Below, one piece after another: positions 1 to 10,384 of a DNA stretch of 64,000 bases (positions within the stretch are counted from its first letter, which is position 1; the number at the start of each line of letters is the position of its first letter). Origin of the DNA: Deltaproteobacteria bacterium (GTDB taxonomy: Bacteria; Desulfobacterota; Binatia; Bin18). The notes beneath the pieces were generated by a model. It did not search any database. It had not been told where the DNA came from and saw only the letters and a program-made list of their open reading frames with translations. The stretch spans positions 1,448 to 65,447 of the forward strand of contig JAYVFX010001253.1 of assembly GCA_043772795.1 (NCBI GenBank), read 5' to 3'. Both the position numbers and the translations under genes were made by a program.

Positions 1-44
1 ATCACTAGCAATAATCTCCACCTCCACAAGCATGAGCACCATAC

Positions 45-323
45 GTGGAAGGTTGGGGACAAAGAGCTGACGTTCTAATGAGGAGCCTTATCTTCCTTGG
101 CCCGCCTCAAGTCTTGAAACTAGTTCAAAACCCTGAGCCCAAGGTCCGTACATTTCTTATCGTCGCCCACGACGGAAGCTGCAATGTCCAGTTGGAGGTA
201 GACGAACCGTGGATGTCTGATAAAGCAATCGGGGATCGTCTCTCCGGAAGCGAAGGACTTCAGCTCCTAATCAGTTCGGCAGCCAATCACGTGCTGCACG
301 GAGGACAGTTTGAGCGGGCGTAA
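45..323 (+). CDS. hypothetical protein upstream of terminase (possible small-terminase-region ORF)
   Basis: ORF overlapping the start of the large terminase gene; no recognisable motif; position only. Confidence 0.2.
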   Translation: MEGWGQRADVLMRSLIFLGPPQVLKLVQNPEPKVRTFLIVAHDGSCNVQLEVDEPWMSDKAIGDRLSGSEGLQLLISSAANHVLHGGQFERA

Positions 324-1791
324 GATTGGGCTTTTTATTAAAGCGGACAGTTTTGCCAAGCGTATCTATCTGCAGAACAGGGAGCAGAAAAAGGCGACAT
401 TTTCCGCGACACCGTTACAGGTGAAGTGGATTGAAGCTATTCTCAGCAACCTGTATACGTTTCTGGCCATTGGTGGTGGAATCCGAGGGACGAAGACATT
501 TGCGTGCATTTCTGCGCTAATCATCCTTTGTAGGATCTATCCCCGATCGCGGTGGGCGATCGTCCGTAAAGATCTCCCAACACTGCGCCGCAACGTAGTG
601 CCTTCGATAAACAAGCTTCGGATCATGTCCGGTGGCTTTGTTGGTGAGCTAAATCAGAGTATTTGGACGTATACCTGTGCCAATGGCTCTGAGCTTATTC
701 TGTTTCCTGAGCAGTTTATCCAGGATCCGGAGCTAGAGCGTTGGAAAGGCCTCGAAGTAAATGGCTTTGACCTTGAGGACTGCTCCGAACTGAATGAGAA
801 GTCGGCAAACAAGGCCATTGAACGTGCGGGGTCTTATATAATTGCGCCAACGCCGGAGGATCCACGCCCGAAACAGCCCCCACCGCTTGTTTTGGCCAAC
901 ATGAACCCCTGCGCCAACTGGCCGCGCCGGTGGTTCTATGAGCCGTGGAAGAATAAGACCATCAAAGCACCGTATTTCTTCCTTCCGGCGACCATTGCAG
1001 ATAACCCATACGCCACGGACGAGTATAGGGAGTCATTGACTCATCTTCCGACTGAGGAGTACAATCGGTTCGTGAAGGGCGAGTGGGACTTTGTTGATAA
1101 TCCCAAACAGCTGATTAAGACGGAGTGGGTGTGGGATGCCCTGAACGTCGAACCGCGGGATGGAACATCATATCTTTCGTGCGACGTTGCCCGATTTGGT
1201 GACGATTTCACGATTATTGCGAAGCGCAAGGGCAACCACCTTCGCAAGATGATTACCATCAAGCACTACGACACGAACAGGGTCGGAAAGACCGTTGTTG
1301 ACGAGGCTACAGATCCATCCTTGCCCATCAGTGGAACCGATTGTAGGATAGATGCGGTAGGGCTGGGTGCGGGGACCGTTGACTACTGTCGGGATCATGG
1401 GTTGCCGGTGCGGGAGGTGGTGGCTGGTGGGAAGCCATTTTATCGGGCTGCTTCCCACCCCTCCCACTTCTTCAAGTTCAAGAACATCCGTAGTCAGATG
1501 TGGTGGGAGTTTCGGGAGATGCTTCGGACTCGCCAAGTCTGTCTCCAGATGGTGGATATGTACGGGGAACTCGTCTCCCTTCCGGAGAAACTGGTTGGAG
1601 ACTTGGCATCCGTAGAGTACGACATCACGGCGGATAAACTCGTCATGGTCGAGGAAAAGAAGGATACTAAGGAGCGAATCGGGCGGTCACCAGACGATGG
1701 GGATGCCATTGTGATGCTCTACTTTGACATGCCGCCACTTGCTCCAAGAACCATACTTCCGGGTAGCTCTCTCGTTTCCCGAGGATCCTAA
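310..1791 (+). CDS. terL: terminase large subunit
   Basis: N-terminal ATPase with P-loop-like GGGIRGTKT; C-terminal RNaseH-like nuclease with acidic motifs (ARFGDDFTII, DDGDAIVMLYF); first gene of the morphogenesis module. Confidence 0.75.
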   Translation: MSGRKIGLFIKADSFAKRIYLQNREQKKATFSATPLQVKWIEAILSNLYTFLAIGGGIRGTKTFACISALIILCRIYPRSRWAIVRKDLPTLRRNVVPSINKLRIMSGGFVGELNQSIWTYTCANGSELILFPEQFIQDPELERWKGLEVNGFDLEDCSELNEKSANKAIERAGSYIIAPTPEDPRPKQPPPLVLANMNPCANWPRRWFYEPWKNKTIKAPYFFLPATIADNPYATDEYRESLTHLPTEEYNRFVKGEWDFVDNPKQLIKTEWVWDALNVEPRDGTSYLSCDVARFGDDFTIIAKRKGNHLRKMITIKHYDTNRVGKTVVDEATDPSLPISGTDCRIDAVGLGAGTVDYCRDHGLPVREVVAGGKPFYRAASHPSHFFKFKNIRSQMWWEFREMLRTRQVCLQMVDMYGELVSLPEKLVGDLASVEYDITADKLVMVEEKKDTKERIGRSPDDGDAIVMLYFDMPPLAPRTILPGSSLVSRGS

Positions 1792-3596
1792 TGCCAACAC
1801 GAATCTTTGCCGGTGGGAAAGGGGACAGTGCCAGAGTCCTGACCAACGTACCCACCAATTTTTCTGAGGTGACGGTGGATCAGGCGAAAGCCATGTTTCC
1901 CAACTTGGCGGACGCCGAGGCGAATCGTCCGTTCATTGAGGGGGATCATTTTCAGACAGGAGATGCGTGGGTAGGTCCGGGTCCACGGCCAGGAGACTTG
2001 GCATACCGGGAGTTCTTGGACCTTCTTGAACCGGCATTCGTTTCTAAGAACGTCATCGACGAGGGATGTGGTCGCCTGACCGGCGCAGTAATTGGCTGGG
2101 AACCGCGGTGGGCGTGGGTGCCACGTCGGCACGATTTGGGGGAGAACCCACAGACACCGGAGGAGACAAAGGCCATTCAAGAACTCGAGGAGTGGATGAC
2201 GGACTGGTGGGATAAGCGTCAGGTCCACAGGGCACTCAAGAAGCTCATTTATCAAATGCTTTGGGCACGTGAGTCCTGTTGGCGCGTGTACGTACCTAAC
2301 GGCAAGCTCGGCGTAGCCGGTAGTGTGAAGTCCAAGGATCTCGAGGAAGCGCTAGATAAGATCTATCTTGACATCCCGGATGTAGGCGACGCTACGGTTT
2401 GGGAGCACCCTGACACGAAGCAGAAGCTTGGCATTGCCCTGTTCCGGAAGTCGGATAGAACGGAGCAGATAGAGCTATGCTACGTAAACGACGCGGGGGA
2501 GACTGCGATATCTATTCTGCCGGGAGTGGAGGACGGCGTGGCCAACGATTTTGGCAAGCATCTCACGATCTATGCTGTTACGGTTGAGAAGCCTTTGATT
2601 ACTGAACAGATTCGGTCACTTCAGATGGCTCTCAACATGACCCTGACCCTTCTTGAGAAGGGGTTGGTGGACAACCATTTCCTGGAGCGCCTGTTCACCA
2701 ACGCCCTCCCGCCCGGCCATTGGGTGTATGAGGAGGACGGCAAGACCCGCAAGGCGTATGTTCCGGATACCCGTAAGACGGGTGGACGGATGGACACGTA
2801 TCTTCAGGGTATCGACTTCACGGAGACGGATCGTGAGGGGGTTCAGAAGACCACGGTCAAGGATCCTGGTGTGCATATTCGGAACCCACTGGATCCCAAT
2901 GGGACGATCCAAGGGTCGGAATACTGGTATCAGGCACTGTTGGAGGCAATGCGTCAGGACCACATCCTGATCAACCAACTCGCTACACCATCCGGCAAGA
3001 GTCGTGAGCATTCTCGCGGTGACTTCATTGACTCGACCAAAGACCCGGTTATGCAGGCGGATCTGGCTGGCCGAGAACTGATTTTTACTGTGGCTTGCAT
3101 GGCGGAAGCCTTCATAGGCGAGGTTGGCAAGTGGACTAAGAAGTTTAAGCCAGTTTTCAAGTGCCGTCCAAATTATGGCCCCTTGAGTGTAGCGGAACGG
3201 CAGCAGAACGTGCTGGAGGCGGAGAAAGGATTCCTGAGTGATCAGACGGTGATGGCTCTCAACGGAACGGATGACGTTGATGCTGAACTGTCCCTGATTC
3301 GTGAGACGCCACGGGCCAAACTGTCCCTGTCCTCTCTGCAAGGTGACGTGATTATGAAGTGGGCCACGGACTTCCCGCGGGAAGTTGCGTTGACCATGGC
3401 CGGCTTCGCAGAGAAGGAGATCGTGGAGATTATGGGCTTGGTCACGGAGTCCAACTCTGTTGATCCGGGGGAGGTCCCCAAGATCACCGACGAGAGTGGC
3501 AACGAGCCCAAGCCTGCGAAGACCGGCAGCGGACGGTCGATCCCGCCTGCAGGCAATCGGGCGTCTACCCGCGCCAATCCGTCAAATGCCCGCTAG
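1791..3596 (+). CDS. portal protein
   Basis: 601-aa ORF immediately after terL with start/stop overlap; size and position typical of a portal. Confidence 0.55.
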   Translation: MPTRIFAGGKGDSARVLTNVPTNFSEVTVDQAKAMFPNLADAEANRPFIEGDHFQTGDAWVGPGPRPGDLAYREFLDLLEPAFVSKNVIDEGCGRLTGAVIGWEPRWAWVPRRHDLGENPQTPEETKAIQELEEWMTDWWDKRQVHRALKKLIYQMLWARESCWRVYVPNGKLGVAGSVKSKDLEEALDKIYLDIPDVGDATVWEHPDTKQKLGIALFRKSDRTEQIELCYVNDAGETAISILPGVEDGVANDFGKHLTIYAVTVEKPLITEQIRSLQMALNMTLTLLEKGLVDNHFLERLFTNALPPGHWVYEEDGKTRKAYVPDTRKTGGRMDTYLQGIDFTETDREGVQKTTVKDPGVHIRNPLDPNGTIQGSEYWYQALLEAMRQDHILINQLATPSGKSREHSRGDFIDSTKDPVMQADLAGRELIFTVACMAEAFIGEVGKWTKKFKPVFKCRPNYGPLSVAERQQNVLEAEKGFLSDQTVMALNGTDDVDAELSLIRETPRAKLSLSSLQGDVIMKWATDFPREVALTMAGFAEKEIVEIMGLVTESNSVDPGEVPKITDESGNEPKPAKTGSGRSIPPAGNRASTRANPSNAR

Positions 3597-3746
3597 ACAG
3601 AAGCGGGATAACACGCTTGTTAAGGCCACTGACAAAGAGCTGGACGCCATTTCCGAGGTTGGACCGCGGGACATTCCAAAAGCCGACCTCGAATGGCGTA
3701 GAGTGGCGCCCAAGCCGTTCCGGAATGCACTTGCGTCGAAAGAAGA

Positions 3747-4361
3747 ATGAACTTCACATGGGACCCTTCAACACAGCAGTATAGGCGGTCGAACGGGAGA
3801 TTTGTCTCCCGTTCGGAAGTTCGTGCCGCTTTGGACAAGGCTCTTGACCAAGAAAAGGTTTGGGCACGTATACTTGCCCAAGACTATCGTATGGGTCGCA
3901 TTACCTTGATGAAATGGCGTCAGGAAATGCGGGATGTCGTTAAGAGTGTCCATCTCTTTAGTGCTGCGCTGGCACGCGGTGGGTGGGCACAGATCACACA
4001 GGCAGACTATGGACGGATTGGAAGTGTGGTCCGTGGTGAGTATGGATATCTTGAGCGATTTGCGACTGGTCTCAGCAATGGCTCGATATCTACTGATGGT
4101 TCCTTTGTTGACCGTGCTAATATGTACGCTGAAGCTGGTCGAGATACTTATCATCAAGTTCAGCGTGTGGCGATGCGTGAGGCAGGATGGTGGTACGAAA
4201 GTAACAAGCTCAATCCTGCTGAGCACTGTACTGGTGCCGGAAGTTGTGTCGAGCAAACGGATAGAGGTCGTGTTGCCATTGGCAAACTGATCCCCATCGG
4301 GCGTCGTCGTTGTCTCCGGAAGTGTAAGTGCGATCTGGAGTATTGGCGGACTCTGCAGTAA
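3747..4361 (+). CDS. head morphogenesis protein (Mu F / SPP1 gp7-like)
   Basis: 204-aa protein after portal; sequence pattern resembles minor head MuF-like domain proteins. Confidence 0.45.
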   Translation: MNFTWDPSTQQYRRSNGRFVSRSEVRAALDKALDQEKVWARILAQDYRMGRITLMKWRQEMRDVVKSVHLFSAALARGGWAQITQADYGRIGSVVRGEYGYLERFATGLSNGSISTDGSFVDRANMYAEAGRDTYHQVQRVAMREAGWWYESNKLNPAEHCTGAGSCVEQTDRGRVAIGKLIPIGRRRCLRKCKCDLEYWRTLQ

Positions 4362-4362
4362 A

Positions 4363-4391
4363 TTGAGTATTGTGCCACTCGTGAATATATG
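4363..4391 (+). promoter_or_regulatory. sigma70-like promoter candidate (TTGAGT-17-TATATG)
   Basis: AT-rich -35/-10 pair with 17-nt spacer upstream of the scaffold gene; AAGGTGGAG ribosome-binding site before ATG 4442. Confidence 0.25.
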
Positions 4392-4441
4392 TTATACCTT
4401 CTTCAACTAGGTTTTTCCGTTCACACTCCCAAGGTGGAGCA

Positions 4442-5260
4442 ATGCCAGCATCCGACAATCCAACCCCCACAGGTGGGGCACCCGCCGCCCCGGCGGCACC
4501 AGCAGCGCCGGTAGCGGTAGTCGTGACTTCGCAGGAGCGTGACGACTTCGTCACTCGACTCATTGGTCAGCATGGGTCAGTCAACGCCGCTCTTCTGAAA
4601 ATCGCAGGTGAGCAACTGCGGTATCGGAAGCGTGCTCAGGCGGCGGAGGCCAGACTCACGGAGCTTCAAGATAAGCTCCCCACCGCAGATGCGGTGGTAT
4701 TGACTGGAGCAGAGGCCAAGGCGTACAATGATCTCAAGGCCAAGGGTGTGACGCTGGACAAGGTTCCAGCCAGACTCGCCACCTTGGGGGAGTTGGAGGT
4801 GAAACATACTGCCTCTACACGCGCGAATGACCTCAAGTCCGCGGCAGGGACCAAGTACGACAAGAAGGTGCTGGCAACATTGCTCGGCGCAACCCCCCTC
4901 GAATTCCAGACTGTCAACGTCATGAAAGAAGACAAGTCCGGGGTTGAGCAGATCCAGGTCCCTTACGTCGTTCTTGGCCAGGGTGACAAGGCGGTAAGGG
5001 AGACTCTCGATACCTATCTGGAACGTGAACACAAGGGTTTCATGGAGATCCTTGTGAGGAAGGATGGGGACGAGGAGAATGCGCCAAGTAATAACGGCTC
5101 CACCACGACACCGACAATGCCCAGACAGTCCACTTCAACTCCGGCTCCCAGTACAAAGGGAAAGGGTGCGGACATTCTGAAGCTTGTCGATCAGTCCATG
5201 GGGCAGTACCTCACGCCCGGGATGCGGCGTAAAGCTGAATCGGGCGAGAAGGCCAATTAG
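4442..5260 (+). CDS. scaffolding protein (putative)
   Basis: Ala/Pro-rich N-terminus, long charged helical/coiled-coil region, position immediately before capsid genes. Confidence 0.4.
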   Translation: MPASDNPTPTGGAPAAPAAPAAPVAVVVTSQERDDFVTRLIGQHGSVNAALLKIAGEQLRYRKRAQAAEARLTELQDKLPTADAVVLTGAEAKAYNDLKAKGVTLDKVPARLATLGELEVKHTASTRANDLKSAAGTKYDKKVLATLLGATPLEFQTVNVMKEDKSGVEQIQVPYVVLGQGDKAVRETLDTYLEREHKGFMEILVRKDGDEENAPSNNGSTTTPTMPRQSTSTPAPSTKGKGADILKLVDQSMGQYLTPGMRRKAESGEKAN

Positions 5261-5286
5261 GCTCACCCCCGCAGGAGTGTGACGCA

Positions 5287-5913
5287 ATGCCTCGCAGTAT
5301 GGTCACCAGTGGCGGCCCGACTATCGGCACAGGTCGATGGGCGGGTGACTACCTCGGAAGAGACAATCTCATTCCAGGTGGCGCCAAGGTCGATGCTGCC
5401 CAGTTCAAGTCCGACGACGCCGTCACGGTGGTCGTAGGGGCGGCTGGTGCAATCATCGGAGCAACTTCCGTTCCGGTAGGGGCCTTGTCAGGTCCACTTC
5501 CGGTCGGGACGCAGTTGTGGTTCGGCGGAGCGAAGGTCGCAAAACTTTCCGCCGCGGCACTGAAGAGCGCCGTGACTCTCATCGTCGAAGCGCTTCCAGC
5601 AGCGCTGGTCAATGCCGACACGGCAACGTATGTCGGCATCGGACCGAAGTACATTCCGAGTGGCACCATCGTCGGTCGCACGTATGCCGAACGTGATGCC
5701 CTGACTTCATTCGGTGTTCCTGCCGATGCGGACGATGAATTCTTTCTGATCGCATTTGATGTTACGGATGCGGTCAAGAACGATGATATTGAGCTCTACC
5801 GTCCGAACAACATGGTGTACGAGAACTTCCTGCCGGCGGACTTTGCCGCTGCGTCTGCTACGATCAAGGCCAAGATTCGCGGCTTGTATCGTTGCACCAT
5901 CGGAGCTGCATAG
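5287..5913 (+). CDS. head decoration / structural protein (putative)
   Basis: Gly/Ala-rich 208-aa protein directly upstream of the major capsid gene (lambda D-before-E-like arrangement); no motif. Confidence 0.25.
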   Translation: MPRSMVTSGGPTIGTGRWAGDYLGRDNLIPGGAKVDAAQFKSDDAVTVVVGAAGAIIGATSVPVGALSGPLPVGTQLWFGGAKVAKLSAAALKSAVTLIVEALPAALVNADTATYVGIGPKYIPSGTIVGRTYAERDALTSFGVPADADDEFFLIAFDVTDAVKNDDIELYRPNNMVYENFLPADFAAASATIKAKIRGLYRCTIGAA

Positions 5914-5915
5914 CC

Positions 5916-7013
5916 ATGCCTGACATTCAGAGACTACTCGATCAGATGGCGACGGCCGGCGCTGTCGACCGGATCGCGCGGAACCGCCTCGCGCAGTTCG
6001 GCACACGGGAACGGCCGCTGGTTGGTGCGGGTCTTCTGCCCGCCATTGACCAGATGGAGAACTCGTACACCGACGACTCTGTGCGGTATCGGACTGTCGT
6101 CGGTAACGCTGGCACGCGGTACTCCCCGGTCGTCCTGAAGGGGAACAACTACGTGGGCAGCGTCAAGGTGGAGCTATTCGACATCGACATCGGCTCCGAG
6201 CTCACATCCCGCGACTACGACGCGCTTATTCGGTATCTCGATCGGCGTGACGACATGGCGGCGATGGCGAATATCACGAACTTCCTCAACACGACCGTTA
6301 ACATGGGTCTGGAGGAGCTGCGTGAAGTGTACCGCTGGCAGGCGATCGAACTTGCCATCGTTCAGCGGCGTGGGGCGAACGGGTACAAGGAAGACATCGC
6401 CTACAGCAACCCTGCGGGTCACCGTGCGGTAGCTGCCTCACCGTGGAGCAACAGCGCGAACGACCCGATGGTGGACATCTTCAACCGCGCTCAGTTGATG
6501 GCGGACAAGGGGTTCAAGGTCTCTCGCATCTTCACATCCCGGTCTGTTCTCGGGATCATGGGGAACAACGACAAGATCCGCACCCGCGCTGGCGCGATTA
6601 CGGTCAATGTCGGTGGCGGTCTGACCGTGCAGGGTGGACGCGCTTCACTCTCACAGATCAACAGCATCTTCCAGGACAACGGGCTGCCTGCACCGGAGAT
6701 CCTGGACGAGATTTACCGTACTCAGCTCGGTACGGCGCGTTTCATCGGCTCAAACGTCATGATCTTCATCGGAACCACGGGACGCGATGAGACGATCGTG
6801 TTGGGAGATGCTGGTATCACGACAGAACTCCTGCCGAACGTGCTCGGTTACTACGGAGTCGGGCGGGCCGCTGGTCAGTCTGGTCCGGGTCGTGTTCTGC
6901 AGGCGGTGCACAAGACGGACAAGCCGCCTCGTATCGAGGCGCAGGGATGGGAGACTTCCGCGCCGGTTCTGACGGAACCGGAGGCGATCGCCACCATCAC
7001 CGGGATCGCGTAG
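5916..7013 (+). CDS. major capsid protein (HK97-fold, putative)
   Basis: 366-aa ORF from ATG 5916 (table ORF starts upstream in the same frame); size and position after scaffold/decoration genes; composition typical of coat proteins. Confidence 0.5.
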   Translation: MPDIQRLLDQMATAGAVDRIARNRLAQFGTRERPLVGAGLLPAIDQMENSYTDDSVRYRTVVGNAGTRYSPVVLKGNNYVGSVKVELFDIDIGSELTSRDYDALIRYLDRRDDMAAMANITNFLNTTVNMGLEELREVYRWQAIELAIVQRRGANGYKEDIAYSNPAGHRAVAASPWSNSANDPMVDIFNRAQLMADKGFKVSRIFTSRSVLGIMGNNDKIRTRAGAITVNVGGGLTVQGGRASLSQINSIFQDNGLPAPEILDEIYRTQLGTARFIGSNVMIFIGTTGRDETIVLGDAGITTELLPNVLGYYGVGRAAGQSGPGRVLQAVHKTDKPPRIEAQGWETSAPVLTEPEAIATITGIA

Positions 7014-7133
7014 TCGCAGTTCACTGCTTGTGGGATAGAAGCTCTGGGTTGTTAGTCGATCACCCGGTTGGCCTAGCCTCCTATCTTCTATTCCACAAGC
7101 AACCCACCTCACCGTCCAGCGAGGACATTTCAA

Positions 7134-7726
7134 TGAAGTACGTTCGGCTGTTCATCTGTCTGATAGCTCTGGTGGCGTTCACGCCTGTCGTGGCGCCTGC
7201 GGAGGTGATTTCAAAGCACGGCCAGCCGACGGTGCAGGCATCGCCGGCAAGTACCACAGTCCTGTCCCCGGACGTGACCGGACTGGTGCCTTTCGGCCTC
7301 TCCCTCGTGGGGATTGCCCTGATGGGCGCTACCAAGAAGGTAGGCCTGGCACGAACCTATCTTTTCGAAGGCCAATCGTACGGTCCGGGGGCGGACATTG
7401 ATGTTCCCGATACATTTCCGGATCTCGACGATGATGGAGAGGTCGTTCATGAGGAGGGCAGTGCCGCCGCCAAGAACGCCGCTAGAGCCCGATCGTTTAG
7501 CTCTCCACCGAATACCGGAGGCGTGAACACTGGAGAATCGGCCGGCGCGCAGGATGGCGCTGTGAGGACCGTCAGTGGCAAGACGAAGGGGGAACTCGAG
7601 GCCATGACCGTGGATTCGCTGGACGCACTCGCGGTCGATAGCGGCGTACCCGTCACGCGCGGTGACGGTGGTGAAGGGGATCCGCTGAAGGCGGACTACG
7701 TTAGGGCGCTCTCCAAGAAGATCTGA
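7134..7726 (+). CDS. secreted protein with N-terminal signal peptide, inside the head module
   Basis: ATG 7134 preceded by GAGGA; MKYVRLFICLIALVAFTPVVAPAEV signal peptide; Asp/Gly-rich mature region. Confidence 0.35.
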
Positions 7727-8136
7727 TGATCGCAGGGGCTGACCTCCTGTCCCCCTCAGGACCATTGGACACCTCCCTCTTCCCGGGGGAGGCGTCCAAT
7801 GTTGTTGAGGTTCGTATTCAAAAATATCTCGATGAGGCCTATAACGATCCACGCGTTGTTATTCAGCTGGATGCAGGACGAAAGGATAACCTTGCACGGA
7901 ACTATGCGCTGTGGCGGGCCTTTGATGCGGTCTACCTGCGCATGACCAGTCAGCCCATTGCTCTTGCTATCACTGACAAGGGTAGTCATGGGTTCTCGAA
8001 CGAACAGATCCGGAACATGAAGCAGTTGGCAGATAAGTACCTGGCCGATTTTAACGGCCTACTCGTGGTCTCCTCGGACACCGCCTCGCGCGGGCTGCCC
8101 GGTACCGTGAGTATCCGCAACACTGTGGAGTGGTAA
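7726..8136 (+). CDS. hypothetical virion protein (head-tail connector region)
   Basis: Start overlaps stop of upstream gene (ATGA); position between capsid and tail genes. Confidence 0.3.
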   Translation: MIAGADLLSPSGPLDTSLFPGEASNVVEVRIQKYLDEAYNDPRVVIQLDAGRKDNLARNYALWRAFDAVYLRMTSQPIALAITDKGSHGFSNEQIRNMKQLADKYLADFNGLLVVSSDTASRGLPGTVSIRNTVEW

Positions 8137-8139
8137 CTC

Positions 8140-8499
8140 ATGCTGACCGCACTATATGACATCGGCGCTCACCCACTTTTGAGCGGCAAATATGCCGGTC
8201 TTAAGACGGATGATGAGCGTGACGCTCAGCACCTAATGGCAGAAATGCTATTGGACCTCCGCACCCCTGCGTATACGGGTAATAAGGCGGAAGAGCTGGG
8301 ATATGCGGTGGTGATGCAAATCAATTTCCAGCTCGAGCATGGTCTTACTCCCGAGATCATGAAGTCTGTCAGCACAACGCACCCCGGGAATACCACGTCC
8401 TACCGCGATAGATATGTTTCGCCTGTCGCATGGGATATCGCCAAAAGGGTCACAGGCCGGACCACCATTGGTATGACTCCGCCCGGAATGGGTGTATGA
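8140..8499 (+). CDS. hypothetical virion protein (head-tail connector region)
   Basis: Position; 119 aa. Confidence 0.3.
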   Translation: MLTALYDIGAHPLLSGKYAGLKTDDERDAQHLMAEMLLDLRTPAYTGNKAEELGYAVVMQINFQLEHGLTPEIMKSVSTTHPGNTTSYRDRYVSPVAWDIAKRVTGRTTIGMTPPGMGV

Positions 8500-8990
8500 T
8501 CACGGTCGCGGTCAACTATAATCCGCGACTAACACGAGGGGAGCAGAATCTTCTGGCTATACCAAACCGTCTGGCCAACCTTCGCCCAGTCATGGTTGGT
8601 GCCATTGCACCAGCAGCCAACCGTATGCTTGCTCGTCATTGGGAAAGCAAAGGTGCGGCATTCGGCCACAAATGGGCAACATGGGCCCCGTCAACCCTCC
8701 GGAAGCGACTCGCAAAAGGCAACGCCGAGAAAGGTATCTTGCGGGATACGGATCATCTATATAAGACAATTATCCGGGTTCGTTCTGGAGATGATCGTCT
8801 TAGAGTGATTCAAGGTGGCCTACGCCTTCAGCTTAATACTCGTGAAGCCAAAGCCGTCTATCATCAGGTGGGTACACAGTTTATGCCGGAGCGTCAGGTA
8901 ATTCCTGACCCATTGCCGAAGTCCTTCCGAAGTGAGGTTCGTGCTCTGCTCCGCAAGTTCATCTTAAGTGGACGTGTAGAGCGTGATTAA
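8496..8990 (+). CDS. head-tail joining / virion morphogenesis protein (putative)
   Basis: ATGA overlap with upstream stop; basic 165-aa protein in the neck-gene position. Confidence 0.3.
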   Translation: MITVAVNYNPRLTRGEQNLLAIPNRLANLRPVMVGAIAPAANRMLARHWESKGAAFGHKWATWAPSTLRKRLAKGNAEKGILRDTDHLYKTIIRVRSGDDRLRVIQGGLRLQLNTREAKAVYHQVGTQFMPERQVIPDPLPKSFRSEVRALLRKFILSGRVERD

Positions 8991-9510
8991 TGCAACGGTT
9001 CGACTTCTGTCAGGATTCTGTAAGCATCCTGATCACGGCATCAATGAGATGGCGTCGACGTTGCCACGTCAGGCTTTTGGTGGACAACTGGCACCTCTGG
9101 CGCCACCACTGGTTTCAATCTTTAATGATGTGGACGACAAGAGTGTCGCCAAAGACCTGACGGCCCCTTCTTTACCTGCTGTTATCCTATGGGGTGACAG
9201 TTCGGCGGAAGTTAAGATGCGGGGATATAAGATCGCTCGCAACATAGTCGTTATTATTGCACTGGTTGCGACAGAGTCTGAAGATGATCTGGTGATGAAC
9301 GGTGCATCCGGTTATATTCTACGAGGTGGGTTGTTGACACTCGGAAGGTACAATAACCAGGATAAATCGGCTGGCTACCGGGAGCTAGATGGTGTGAGAG
9401 TTCTGGAGATTTCCAGTGTGGAAGAGCAACGTGCAACGGTGGCTGTTGGTGTGCAAAAGATGTGGGGTTGGTTGAAGGCCGATGTCACGGTAGTTGAAAC
9501 TTTCTCTTAG
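8983..9510 (+). CDS. tail completion / terminator protein (putative)
   Basis: GTG start overlapping the upstream stop; precedes the major tail gene. Confidence 0.3.
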   Translation: MINATVRLLSGFCKHPDHGINEMASTLPRQAFGGQLAPLAPPLVSIFNDVDDKSVAKDLTAPSLPAVILWGDSSAEVKMRGYKIARNIVVIIALVATESEDDLVMNGASGYILRGGLLTLGRYNNQDKSAGYRELDGVRVLEISSVEEQRATVAVGVQKMWGWLKADVTVVETFS

Positions 9511-9521
9511 GAGTCCTGTCC

Positions 9522-10304
9522 ATGCCAGCACAAGCCGCACCATCTAGCGAAAACCTGCTGCTCGGCAAAGGGCAGGTATATTTCGATCGACTGACCATTG
9601 CTGGCGTGACGCAGGGTATGCGTCATCTTGGCAATGTGGATTCGCTCGAGCTCGGAACCGATGATGATGTCATCGAGAAGTACAGCTCGATGGTAGCAGC
9701 TTCACCGCTGTACAAGCGTGTGAACCGCCGGCGCAACGTCACTCTGAAGATCACGGGCAACGAGTTCCATCCGGAGAACCTTGCCCTGTTCACGATGGGC
9801 ACACAGGCAACGCTGGCGCAGGCGGCCACGCCTGTTGTCGCAGAGGCGATCACCCCAACCACAATCAAGGGAATCTACTACAAGACCCTGAAGCTTGGTC
9901 CGATCACGGGGGTAGTGGTCAAGTTCGGGGTTACGTCGGGTGTTCTGGGCACTGACTACGCCATCACCGACGCCGCGACTGGTCTGGTTCGTGTTCTGCC
10001 CGGTACAATCCTGACTGGTGCAGTGACCATTGACTACACGCCTACGTCCTACGCCGCGGCGACTTCCCCGCAGGTCGTGTCTGGTGGTGCGCAGGGCGTG
10101 ATCGAAGGTCGTATGCTGTTCATTGGTGATCCGGCAGCTGGTCCGAAGGTCATGGTGAATGTCTGGCGGGCCAGCATCTCGCCTGACGGGGCACTTGCCC
10201 TGATCGGTGACGACTTCGGCACGATGGGTCTTACCGCTGCGGTGCTGGATGATACCACGAACCATCCGGCAAGCCCGTTGTACGAGGTCACGTACCTGCC
10301 GTAA
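9522..10304 (+). CDS. major tail (tube) protein
   Basis: 260-aa protein immediately upstream of the chaperone/frameshift/tape-measure triad; Thr/Gly-rich beta-type composition. Confidence 0.5.
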   Translation: MPAQAAPSSENLLLGKGQVYFDRLTIAGVTQGMRHLGNVDSLELGTDDDVIEKYSSMVAASPLYKRVNRRRNVTLKITGNEFHPENLALFTMGTQATLAQAATPVVAEAITPTTIKGIYYKTLKLGPITGVVVKFGVTSGVLGTDYAITDAATGLVRVLPGTILTGAVTIDYTPTSYAAATSPQVVSGGAQGVIEGRMLFIGDPAAGPKVMVNVWRASISPDGALALIGDDFGTMGLTAAVLDDTTNHPASPLYEVTYLP

Positions 10305-10335
10305 GCTTCAGAGCGGAGCTGAACGGAGGGCACGA

Positions 10336-10365
10336 AACTAGGGACGTCGCAGGGCGTTCCTAGTT
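10336..10365 (+). terminator. stem-loop after the major tail gene (AACTAGGGACG...CGTTCCTAGTT)
   Basis: Imperfect inverted repeat 30 nt after the stop; no U-tract. Confidence 0.2.
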
Positions 10366-10384
10366 GCTAACCGGGAGAGGTGCC

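Noticed and set aside
3460-3750. 96-aa ORF overlapping the portal 3' end
   Set aside because: Arg-rich alternative frame. The portal frame is continuous and well supported.
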